A DNA stretch of 64,000 nucleotides from an uncultured bacterium (GTDB lineage Bacteria; Verrucomicrobiota; Verrucomicrobiia; Limisphaerales; UBA8199). Of this stretch, positions 41,532 through 52,100 are shown piece by piece. Both the position numbers and the translations under genes were made by a program. The stretch spans positions 377,733 to 441,732 of the forward strand of contig CAVVMW010000018.1 in the NCBI GenBank assembly GCA_963749495.1. Direction: 5' to 3'. The notes under the pieces are model-generated. The model saw only the letters and a list, made by a program, of their open reading frames with translations, had not been told where the DNA came from and did no database searches. The first letter of the stretch is position 1. Each line of letters starts with the position of its first letter.

Positions 41532-44500
41532 TCATTGCTCCCTGGGTCCGCCGAGCGGCACGGCGGCAGTGATGGTCGTTCCACGGGCGGGCGCGCTGGA
41601 GACCACGAACGAGCCGCCCGCGTGACTCATGCGTTCGCGAAGGTTGTGCAACCCGCTGCCGCTGGTTGTCCTGGCCGGGTCGAAGCCGGCGCCGTCGTCG
41701 CGCACTATCAACCGCAACTCGCCATTGGCCGCGCTCACGTGCAAGGAGAGGCACCGCGCGCGGGCGTGCTTGGCGGCATTGGCGAGGGACTCCTTGACCA
41801 GCACGAGCAAGTCGTGCCGGAGGCGGGCCGGCACCGGTCGAGTGTCGTCCGCGGGCGGCAATTCCAATTTGCACTCCAGTCCGGCGGCAGCGCAGAAGCG
41901 CTCGGTCAATTCGCCCAGGAACACACCCAGGCTGCCGACGTTGTCGCAGCGCGGGTTGGTGGTCCAGGAGAGTTCGCGCAAGCCGTGCGCAATCGCGCGC
42001 GCTTCTCCGGCCAGTTCGCCCAACTGTTCACCCTCGGCGCGGCCCACGCGACGGGCGGCCTCCAGCTCCAAGGCAAGGCCGGTCACGCTGGCGCCGAGGT
42101 CATCGTGGATGTCGCGCGCGATGCGGCGCCGCTCCCGTTCGAGGGCTGCGTTCCTCTCGGCCAGGAAGGCGCGTCGCTGCCAGCGCAGCCGCCACGTCGC
42201 GATCGCGCCACTGGCGCCCAGCACAGCCAGCATCCAGCTCAGAGGAAACCATGGCGTCTGGCTGAACTTGGGCGCCAGCGAGAAGGCGAACGCAGCGCCG
42301 GTTTCATTCCAACAGCCGTGGTTGTTGCAGGCCTTCACCCGGAAGGTGTACTGGCCGGGGCGCAAGTTCGTGTAAAACGCCACGCGTTCGCTGGAGTCCG
42401 CATGCCGCCAACCCTTGTCCCATCCTTCCATTTGGTATCGGAAGCGGATCCGTTCCGGCGCGGCGAAGCTGTTGGCCGTGTAGTGGATTTCCAGCGCGCG
42501 CGCGCGGCCGGGCGCAAGGCGCAACTGCGCCCGTGCGCGCGCGGTTTGATTCTCGGCAACTCCGGCCGCGCCGGCGCTCTCCTTGGCTTTTTCAGGCCGC
42601 GCCTTTGCGGGCCCGGCCATCCCGTCTCCGAAAATCACTTCGCGGTCCGCGATGACTTGCTCGATCACAACCGGCGGCGGCACCTCATTTTGCTGAATGG
42701 CTTTCGGGTCAATGACGACCAGGCCACGGCCGGTGGGAAACCAGATGTGCCCCTCGCGGTCCTTGCAGCCGGACGGTTGGTCCTCGCCCCCGTTGCACTC
42801 ACTGCTGAGCATGCCGTCCGCCTCGCCAAAGGCGAGGCACTGAACCTCGGCCAAACGTTCGGCGGCCACGTCATTGAGTTGCCGGCGCGAAACACGATAG
42901 ATGCCGCGCTGGCCGCTGAGCCACAGGCAGCCGAAATCGTCTTCCTGGATGTTGTTGACGATGTTTTCCCCCAAGCCGTGTTCAGTGGTGAAGGTGAAGA
43001 AGCGGCGCCTCACCCGCCCTTCGGGCACCCTCTCCCCCTCGGAGGGAGAGAGGGCCGGGGTGAGGGGGGCGGCGGGGTCGGGCGGCTCGAAACGGTTCAG
43101 CCCGTTCTGCGACCCCACCCAAAACACGCCGTCGGCGTCTTCGTGGATCCACCAGGCGCGATTGTTGTAGAGTCCGTTGGTCGTGGCGAAGACGGTGATC
43201 CGGCCATCGTGCAGGCGCTTCAATCCGCCGCCGTAGGTGCCGAACCATATATCCCCGCGCTGGTCCTGGTGAATCACGCGCACGTCGCCGTCGAAAGGCC
43301 CATTGGTCCAGGTGTAAATCGCCGGCGGCTCCTGGCCCGCACAGATTGCGCCGCGCTCGAACCCGATCCAGAGCCGCGCCTGCCGGTCTTCGTAAAGCGT
43401 GCGAGGCGCTCCCAGGCCCTTGGCTGCGGCTGGAATGCTGCAGCGTCTCCAACCTCCGCCCTCGAAAGTCATCAGCCCGCCTTCGCTTCCCCAAGACCAT
43501 AGACGGTCTTGGCGATCGGCACAAATGATGGTAGCATAGACTTGGCCCAGGGCGGGATCAGCCGGCGGCAGGTCCGTTGTAACCTGTCCATCTTTGATGC
43601 CGCTGATGATGCCAGCCGCGGACCCTACCCAGACCGTGCCCTCACGGCCCTCGGTGACGGTCCTCGTGTCGTCGCTGGACAGCCCGTTTTGGCGCGAAAT
43701 GACTCGCAGGCGGCGCAGTTGGAGGCGGAACAGCCCCTCGGTGGTGCCAACCCACAAGTTGCCCTCGTGGTCCTCAAGCAGGTCGGTGACATCGCTCACC
43801 GTTGGCCAACTTAACTCTGGAAATGGAACCACCTGCCCCCCTTGCAGCCGGTGCAGTCCCCGCCCCCGCACGGCCAGCCAAAGCTGCCCGTCGCGAGTCC
43901 GGCAGGCTCTTTCCGGTAGCTCCCCGTTTGGCTGGGAGCGGCCCACCAGCCTCCAACTGCCGTCAACCACGCGCCACAAGCCCGAGCCGCTGCACACCCA
44001 CAGGGAGTCAGTCGAGTCGTTCAACATCGAGTAGCACGTAGAAGGTTCCTCTGGCGGGCCAAGCCGAGTCCAGGAACGCAGCGGCAGGTCGAGCCGATAC
44101 AGCCCGGATCTCGCCAACGCCAGCAGATTGGACGCACCCGCCTCCTGGATCTGAACCAGCCCATCCCCCACCCCGGTTGCCGGGGATTCCCAGGAGGAGA
44201 GCCGGCCATCGCGCAGGAGCGCCACTCGCCGAGGCTGGAGCGCGAACCACAGGCCGCCACCCCGCGCCGGGCAGACCACCCCAACCGGTCCTGTGATCCC
44301 TTGTTCGACACCGACAGGGCTGACGCGGTGATCCTGGTACCGCAGCAACCCATCGCCCGTGCCGATCCAGAGGCTGCCCGTCTCCTCGGCGTCCTCGGCC
44401 ATTATGTTGATGGCGTCACTGGTCATCTCAGGGGTCGTGTGTTGGTCGAACACTCGGAAGAGCAGGCCGTCGAACCGGGCCAACCCGTACCGCGTCCCGA

Positions 44501-44696
44501 TCCACAAGTAGCCGTCGCGCGTTTGGACCAGACGCCGGGCAGAGCTCTGCGGCAGCCCGTTCTCGGTGGTCCAGGGCGTGATGCGATAAGACGGCTCCGT
44601 GCCTGCGCCCGCCCCAGCCTGGGCCGTCAGTTGGCCGACCAGGCCGAGGACGGCCAGCCACAATAGCAGCGTGCGCTGGAAGGGGCGGCAGAACAT
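41532..44696 (-). CDS. Sensor histidine kinase with tandem beta-propellers, Y_Y_Y domain and HisKA_3/HATPase core
   Basis: WTTENGLPQS, QTRDGYLWIGT, repeated ED..G.LW.GT, YTNLRPGQYTFRVKACNNHG, ERRRIARDIHDDLGA, KESLANAAKHA, DDGAGF, GSGLHNLRER. Confidence 0.95.
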   Translation of the reverse strand: MFCRPFQRTLLLWLAVLGLVGQLTAQAGAGAGTEPSYRITPWTTENGLPQSSARRLVQTRDGYLWIGTRYGLARFDGLLFRVFDQHTTPEMTSDAINIMAEDAEETGSLWIGTGDGLLRYQDHRVSPVGVEQGITGPVGVVCPARGGGLWFALQPRRVALLRDGRLSSWESPATGVGDGLVQIQEAGASNLLALARSGLYRLDLPLRSWTRLGPPEEPSTCYSMLNDSTDSLWVCSGSGLWRVVDGSWRLVGRSQPNGELPERACRTRDGQLWLAVRGRGLHRLQGGQVVPFPELSWPTVSDVTDLLEDHEGNLWVGTTEGLFRLQLRRLRVISRQNGLSSDDTRTVTEGREGTVWVGSAAGIISGIKDGQVTTDLPPADPALGQVYATIICADRQDRLWSWGSEGGLMTFEGGGWRRCSIPAAAKGLGAPRTLYEDRQARLWIGFERGAICAGQEPPAIYTWTNGPFDGDVRVIHQDQRGDIWFGTYGGGLKRLHDGRITVFATTNGLYNNRAWWIHEDADGVFWVGSQNGLNRFEPPDPAAPLTPALSPSEGERVPEGRVRRRFFTFTTEHGLGENIVNNIQEDDFGCLWLSGQRGIYRVSRRQLNDVAAERLAEVQCLAFGEADGMLSSECNGGEDQPSGCKDREGHIWFPTGRGLVVIDPKAIQQNEVPPPVVIEQVIADREVIFGDGMAGPAKARPEKAKESAGAAGVAENQTARARAQLRLAPGRARALEIHYTANSFAAPERIRFRYQMEGWDKGWRHADSSERVAFYTNLRPGQYTFRVKACNNHGCWNETGAAFAFSLAPKFSQTPWFPLSWMLAVLGASGAIATWRLRWQRRAFLAERNAALERERRRIARDIHDDLGASVTGLALELEAARRVGRAEGEQLGELAGEARAIAHGLRELSWTTNPRCDNVGSLGVFLGELTERFCAAAGLECKLELPPADDTRPVPARLRHDLLVLVKESLANAAKHARARCLSLHVSAANGELRLIVRDDGAGFDPARTTSGSGLHNLRERMSHAGGSFVVSSAPARGTTITAAVPLGGPREQ
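43008..43068. repeat. REP-like palindromic element inserted in frame in the kinase
   Basis: cctcacccgcccttcgggcaccctctccccctcggagggagagagggccggggtgagggg forms nested hairpins and translates as PLTPALSPSEGERVPEGRVR. Confidence 0.75.
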
Positions 44697-44762
44697 GCGG
44701 CGACATTCTTATCATGAACCGGCGTTCAGGGGAACACTGATCGCGCGGCTCCAGTCTCTGGG

Positions 44763-46070
44763 TCATTTCGGAGGGCCTGCGGACAAGCTGACGCGGGCGG
44801 ATTGCAGGGCCGCAACCGCGGCAGAACTGGAAGTTACCCCCAACAACGCATCGATCAGCGCCAGCCGTTGCGCAATCTGGGCGTCGCCCGTCAAGGGCAG
44901 GCTATAGAAATTCTGGTTGCCGCTGGCAATATGGTAGGTCTTTAGGCCCGGCTCAGTATCCGGCCCCGCACCGCCAGCGGAAGGTGGAGCGCCGATCTGG
45001 TATTGGTCGCCCGCCAGCCCGGTCGCGATCTTGTCCCAGGCCGAGTCGGAAATCTGGTTTGCCTTGGCTTGTTCGAGCAAAGCGGCGCTGGCATCCGGGT
45101 ACTGCGCGGCGACTTGCGCCAACATCTGATAAGCGAAATCCACCTTCGAGCCCCCGGCCGCATCCCGGGCCTCGCGAACGAGGAGTGGCACCCCTTGGCC
45201 GCCCTGGAGACCGGCCAGGGAGATCGTGGCGTAGGACCTGTAGGGCTCCTGGAGATGTTCGAGCGCCGGGGCTGTGGCGGAATCGCCATAATTCTGCAGG
45301 ATCTTGAATAGCGCGCCCACGTCCAAGCCGGCAGGCAACTGCCCGCTGGACGCCATGTTCAAAACCTCGCCGACTGCATTGATGGTTTCCTGGCGGTGCT
45401 CTCCGGGCGCCTGCTGATCGAGCACCTGCGCCAGTTGCGCGATTTCAGACGGCACCGTGGTGGACTGCAACATCCCGAGCAGGGCGCCGGTGGCTTCAGG
45501 ACCACCGATTTGGCCTAGCGCGTTCATCAAAGCCGATCGCATGGAGGCTTGTCCGAGCAGTCCGATCCCGCCGATGGCGCTAAAATCCACTTCCTGGTTT
45601 TGCTCGATAAACTCGCGGATGGCCGGCACGGCCTCCGCTCCTTGGGCGACTAGCGTCTGGAACGTCTTTTTCCATTGCTCCGCCTGGTCCGGCGCGAGCG
45701 CGCCCTGGCTGAGGTCGAGATTGGTGAGCCCGGCAACTAATTGGCGAGTGTAAGGGGACGGTTCGATCCGCGGCTGGGTGGCCGCCGACTGGACTGGGGG
45801 AGGCGTGCGGCTAGCGGCCTTCAAGACTGCCTGGGCTTGAGGCATCCTCGCGCGTCCGGCCGCCGTCTGCAGGCTCAATTCCGAGTCATCCGCGGCGGAG
45901 TTCGCCGGGGGCGCGGCGCCGGACGGTTCCTCGCTCGCGACCGGCTGGACACCCGCTGCCGGGGCAGGAGTTGGACCGCGGAGTGCTTTGAGACCGAAGC
46001 CGACTGCGAGGGCGAGGAAGGCCACGCCCACCAGGGCCGGGAATGTTCTCGAAGAAATCAGACGCTGCAT
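44763..46070 (-). CDS. Membrane-anchored helical (HEAT-like) hypothetical protein
   Basis: N-terminal TM, Pro/Ala linker, helical repeats (GAEAVPAIREF, ALGQIGGPEA). Confidence 0.7.
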   Translation of the reverse strand: MQRLISSRTFPALVGVAFLALAVGFGLKALRGPTPAPAAGVQPVASEEPSGAAPPANSAADDSELSLQTAAGRARMPQAQAVLKAASRTPPPVQSAATQPRIEPSPYTRQLVAGLTNLDLSQGALAPDQAEQWKKTFQTLVAQGAEAVPAIREFIEQNQEVDFSAIGGIGLLGQASMRSALMNALGQIGGPEATGALLGMLQSTTVPSEIAQLAQVLDQQAPGEHRQETINAVGEVLNMASSGQLPAGLDVGALFKILQNYGDSATAPALEHLQEPYRSYATISLAGLQGGQGVPLLVREARDAAGGSKVDFAYQMLAQVAAQYPDASAALLEQAKANQISDSAWDKIATGLAGDQYQIGAPPSAGGAGPDTEPGLKTYHIASGNQNFYSLPLTGDAQIAQRLALIDALLGVTSSSAAVAALQSARVSLSAGPPK

Positions 46071-46144
46071 GTTGTCTTAATGTATGGACTCGATGGCACG
46101 CTTTGTTCCGCTTGGCGTTGGGATCAGCGCATAGAAACCAGCCT

Positions 46145-49100
46145 TTACCTGAGCCCGAACGAGAATGGAATGTTAGAGCCGTCGTTTAGGTTAATCCGGT
46201 AATAGAACGTTGTGTTCTTCGCCAGGTTCTTCGTGCTCAAATTGAAGATCCATTGCTGCCCCGAAGGATCCCAACGGAATGCCGTGTCGGGCGTAGTGGA
46301 GATGACTGCCTCGTTAACACCCGGCGCTCCGCCAGAGGTGGCTACGAGCACGAAGCTGGCAACCAGGCCGGGCGTGCCAACGGAGTTGCAGTTGGCATCG
46401 AAGACCTGGAACTTGCAGGGCACCGTGCTGCCCTGCTTGAACGAGCTCGAGCCATCCGCATTGATGGGCTGCAGAATCGTGTGGCCCGGGTTGCCATTGC
46501 AGGAGATGCCGGCTGGCTTGTATATGACGTTGACGATCCGCTGCGCGGCGGCGGTGTTCCCAGCGGGATCCTCCGCGTAGTATTTTATTGTGTAGGCGCC
46601 GACCGCGGACCCCAGGGTAGCGGGATTTGCACCATTCGCCGTATCGTAATAGACGGGGACGGTACCGGCACACGTGTCTGTAGCAGTCGCCCCTGGCTCC
46701 ACAAAGCTGGCGCCGTAATATATGGTCATTGGGTTGGGTTGGAGAATCGAGAGAACCGGAGCCGTGGTGTCCACCACCTTGACCGTGCGAGTGGCGGTCT
46801 GTGTGTTGCCGCTCGGATCACTGACCGTGTAGGTCACCGTGTAAGTACCCGGCGCGTTCGCGTTGACCAGGTTGCGGGTCTGGATGGAGGCTGTCACGTC
46901 CCCGGCGCAGGCGTCGCTGGCCGTGGCCCCGGCATCCGTGTAGCCCGTATGGCACTCCACCGTCACTGGATTGGCTCCCAAAACCGTAATCACTGGCGGT
47001 GTCGTGTCCACCACATGCACCGTGCGCGTCGCCATGCTAGTGTTTCCGCTCGGGTCGCTCGCCGTGTAGGTCACCGTGTAGGTACCCGGGGCGTTCGCAT
47101 TGACCGGGTTGTTGGTCTGGATGGCGGCTGTCACGTCCCCGGCGCAGGCGTCGCTGGCCGTGGCCCCGGCATCCGTGTAGCTGGTGTGGCATTCTACTGT
47201 GGCCGGGTTGGCGCCAACAACCGTGATGACGGGCGGTGTCGTATCAACGGCCAGGGCGAAAGCCGTGCCGGTCAATTGGGTGATTAAGGGCGTGCTCGTG
47301 TCGTCGAATTTAACCGTAAGGCGTCCTCCCGAAACAGTGCCATCCAGGTTGTCGGTCGTGTCCTTGACGGGAGCGGCGCCCCCACTGCTCAGAACCCGTG
47401 CCCAGCCTGTCCCGGTGTAGTACAACAAAGTGAGACTGGCCTCGGCGCTGCCCGTGACGGTGGACGGGTAGTAGAAGTGGGAGGTCAGGGAACTGCTCGC
47501 CGTCGCCCCGGAGACCTTGAGGTCCAGGTAGCTGCTCCCCGCGTCGAAGACGGCGCCCGAGCCCGGGTTCGTGGTGTAGGTGGCGGCCGTGACCGAGACA
47601 GGCTGACTGCCCGACGAGTTGTCTAACGAGGCGGTCACATCAGCTTGGCCTTGGGTTGCGGGCGCCGTGCTCACGGTCGCCGTCTGCCCCGCAGGCGCAA
47701 TCTGACTCTGGGCCGCGCCGACGTTGGCGCACACGATGGTGAAGGCTTGAGGATTGGATAGGGTGCCATCAGGATTGAGCACGGTGATGGCGGCGGTATT
47801 GATGTTCTGGTTGCCCAATGCGAGGTCGGCGGCCGAGATCGCCGCGCCGATCTGGCTGCCACTGACCCGGGTGGTCGCGCGTGGCTGGCCGTTCCAGAGC
47901 ACAACAGCGCCGCTCGCGAAGCCGGCGCCGTTGACCGTGAGTGTGAAGCCCGGGCCACCGCCGATCACTGACGCAGGCTGCAAGCTGTCAACCCGGAGAA
48001 TCACCGTCAAGGTGAAGGTTGTGCTGGCGCTCAAAAGGTCATCGTACGCGATCAGAGTAATGGTAGTGACACCGGTTTGGTTTGGCGCGGGAGTCAGCGT
48101 GACGGTGCGCGCGCCGCCGCCACCGCCCAGGATCACGTTGGCCTCCGGCACTACGGCAGTGTTCGCTGAATGGCCGACAACGGCCAGGCTGCCGGGGTCC
48201 AGTTGGCTGTCCGACAGAGTGAAGTTCACGGTGATCGGTTGTCCGGCGGTGGTGACCTGATTGGCGACCGGCGCGATGGACGGTGGGATATCAACCACGA
48301 TGGGTGTGGCCTGGCTGAACGCGCTGCTGTTCCCCAACGCGTCGGTGGCCGTCGCAGTTACGAACTGCAGGCCGCTGGACGGCAACGGCAGGATGAGGCT
48401 GAATGGGGCGTTCCCCGCGCCATCGCTCGTGACCGTGAGCGACCCAAGATAGACCTGGCCCTGGCCATAGCCCGACGGATCCCCCTGGGTGTTTCCGTAG
48501 AAGTCGATTGTGAAAGCGGCATTGGGCGAACTCAACAAGCCACCCACCATGCTGATCGAGCCGTTGGCTTGCCTCACCCTGGCCCAGACCGGGCAGCTTT
48601 GCTGGTTGTTGGCTCCAGCACTCAGACTTATGCCCAAGCCGAGGTTGGAGAAAATGGAATTGCCGCGGACCGTGTTCCCAACGCCGGAGGCGACCCGCAC
48701 GCCGGTGCTGCCGTTGAATGCAATGACATTGCCAGCGCCGGCGCCGGTTCCCCCGATTACATTCCCGGAGCCGTTAAGCTCAATATCCACCCCCCAATTG
48801 GTGTTCGCGATAGGCGCTGTGCCCGAGGCGTCAACACCGATATAGTTGCCTTCAACTATATTGTTGCTTCCCCCGAAGATCTGCACCCCTTGGCGATTAC
48901 CCGAAATGATATTTCGCGATGCCACGGTCGTTCCGCCGATCACATTGCTTGCGCTGCCACTACTGATCTCTACGCCGGACAATGCATTTCCTAACGCGAG
49001 GCTGCCCGTCGCATCGGTGCCGATGAAGTTGCCCTCGATGTGGTTGCTCCCGCCCGCTTGCAGAAAGATGCCGACGTCGCTAAAGCGGTTGACGACCAGA

Positions 49101-52100
49101 CCCCGCACGGTGCTATTGCCCGCGAAGATGTTCAGTCCAACAGCCACACCGGCGTTGCTCCCATTCAGTTCGATCACCGGACGTCGTGCGCCCGGGTCGA
49201 AACCGGCCTGCGTGGTCCCGTCAATAACCACTGGCTCGGTGATCACAGGCAGCGCTGAAGTCGGGGCAATGGTATAGACACCCGTAACGGGACTGTAATT
49301 GGGATCGCTGGTCGGGATATTGAACACGATAGTCTTGGAGCCGCTGAGCGTATTGGCATACAGAATCGCTTCCCGCAGTGAGGTTTGGCCGTCATTGGCG
49401 ACAGTGTCCGCGGTCGTGGTCACTACCAATGGCGAAGGCTGCCACAGTTCCGCGCTTGCCAGGTAAGTTCCATTGTAGCCGCCGGCAATCAGCACCGCAC
49501 CATTCTGCAACAGCGTCGCCGTGTGATAAGCGCGCGCGGTGTTCAGGCTGCTCGCCAGTTTGGTGAATGAGTCGCTCCCCGGGAGGTACAGTTCGGCGCT
49601 CGCCGTGTACAAGTTTCCGCCGCCGGTCAACAACACACTCCCATCTGGCAAACGCGTGGCTGTGTGAGCCAGACGCGGTGTATTCAAACTGCCCGTTGAA
49701 GAGAAGGTGCCAGTCGCCGGGTCGTACACTTCCGCGAGGCCCCCGACAGAGAAGCCGGAAATCATCCCTCCGGCGACTAATACCCTTCCATCAGCCAGAG
49801 CTGTTGCGGTGTGCCAGGCATGTCCCCAGCTCAGGCTGCCGGTCGTCGAAAAAGTGCCCGTGGCGGGGTCATAAATCTCAGCACTCGCCTCGGCGTCCCC
49901 GCTGGCCGGGTTTAACCCGCCGGTTACCAGAACCTGGCCATTGGCCAACAAAGTAGCAGCGTGATGGATTCGCGCGGTGCTCAAACTGCCAGTACTTCTG
50001 AAGGCGCCCATGGCGGGGTCATACAGTTCCGCGCTCCCCAGGCTTGTGCCGGTAGCGCCCCCGCCACCGACGAGCAACACCTTGCCGTCGAGCAGCAACG
50101 TGGCGGTATGGTAATAGCGTACCGAATTCATATTGCCCGTGCCGGTGAACGCACCGGTGGCTGGGTCGTAGAGCTCCGCCGTGCCGCCGAAACCGCCCTC
50201 ACCGCCAGTGATGAGCACCTGGCCGTTCGGCAAAAGCGTCGCCGTGTGAGCATCGCGCGGATGGGTCAGAGTTCCCGTGCCCGTAAAAACGCCGCTCGAT
50301 GGATCGTAGAGCTCAGCCTCAGAAAGCGCGGTGCCGTTATAGCCGCCAGCAACCAGGATGGTCCCATTGGGCAATAGGGTGGCTGAGTGCTCGTAGCGGG
50401 CCATGGGCATGCTGCCAGTGGCGAGGAACCCGTTGTTGCCAGGCGGGCTGGCTGGGCCCATAACGAGCAACGTCGCCAGTGAACTCATGACCGAACCGGC
50501 CAGATTACTGATCAACACGAAGTAGTCGCCTGCGGCGCTCGTCTGCACGGCGTTTAGGGAAAGTGTCGCCGTCGTTGCTCCGGCAATCGGCGAGCCATCG
50601 TGCAACCATTGAAAACTCAAGGGTCCCGTCCCTGAAGCAACGACGGTGAGGGTCACGCCGGCTCCGGCAGAAACCGTTTGGGTTTGGGGCTGAGCTGTCA
50701 CAACAGGTGGGAGGAGTTCCGCGCTCGCGAGGGAGACTTGAAAGGCAATGTCATAATTGTTGGGGCTGCCAGGAGGGCCCCAGGTGGCTCCAAAATCCTG
50801 CGACATAAATGCGGCGTCGGCCGCATAGCCATTCGCGAGGTCGCCAGAAATGTAGGCACCCCCGCCACCGGGGCTGGTCCGCAAGGTGAAGGCATACTCG
50901 GTGCCCGCGGAAATGGGCAGGTTAAGCAACGTAAAGTCGGCTGATAAGAGCGTAGGCGTGGAGGTGAGAAGGCTGCCGGAAATCGTTGCGGTGCCAAGAA
51001 CCGTGGATGTAGGAACTCCGGACTGAGTGGTCCGGAAATCGACGAAAATTGTCGTTGGCTGCGATCCCCCCTGCGCAAGCAGAACCGATATTTCGCCTAA
51101 TTGCCCGCTCGCGGTCGGATTGAATGTCTGCCCTGCTTGGAAGCTCCCGCCGTTTATTCCGAAAACCCCGAGCGGTTGGGCTGGCGCATATTCGGCAACG
51201 GTGTTGGGGGGCGGTTGGACCGTTACTGTGCTGGCGGCGCTGTTCTGGGAAATGGGCGGCACGGTGGCGACCACCCGGTACTGCGTGCCATCGTAGGTCA
51301 AGTCCAGCAGCGGGGTTTGGTAGGTCGCGCTCGTCGCGCCGGGGATATCGGTCCAGGTTGAGGTGCCCTTGGGCGCGGACTGCCACTGATAAAAGATGGC
51401 CCCGCCGTAGAGCGAGGTGCCGGTGGCGGCCACCGAGAACGTCGCTGTGGTTCCGATGATGCTGGTGGCATTCTGCGGTTGGCTGGTGAACGTGATGCTC
51501 GTCCCGGTCGGATCGAGGTAGGCGCCCACCACGTTGCCGGTCAGGGTCGGCGCGCTGCCGTTAGCCGGATCCGGGTCGGTATCAAGCTTGTAGGTGGCGG
51601 CGGACCAGCAGCCACCGGCCCAACTGGGGAAGTGGTGGATCAGCAACATATAATAGCGATTGCCTCCCTGGAGCGCGATGGTGTTGCCATCCGGCCATTG
51701 GGTGCCGGCATTCTGATCGGAGCGGGCCAGTGTCACGCTGTAGTCATGACTCGCCAGCCAACTGCGCGGGTCGCTCCAACCGGTTGTCCCCGCGATCTGG
51801 TACTTGTTGGCCGGGCTCTCGTCCGTGCTCAGGTACAGCCAGCCACGGTCGGCAAAGGCGATGAAAAACACATAGTTGCCGGTTGTTGGCGGGATAAAAT
51901 AGCCGTCGATCTCCTCAAAGTAATTCCTGGCAGGGTCGGCGGTTTGATCCCAGCCGACACCGTTGGCCGGATACTCAACGGTCGTCAGGAGGTCCTGCCG
52001 ATCCGCCGCGTTCGGGAACCGCGGGTCGTTCAGCAAATTATTGGGGTTGCCGCCTGTGTTGTCATCCACGTTGTTATACTTCCGGTGGATGACCGTGCCG

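Noticed and set aside
33875..43502. Long ORFs 33875..36235, 37239..39320 and 41157..43502
   Set aside because: They lie antisense to clearly recognisable norB, CotH and kinase genes; GC-rich shadow ORFs.
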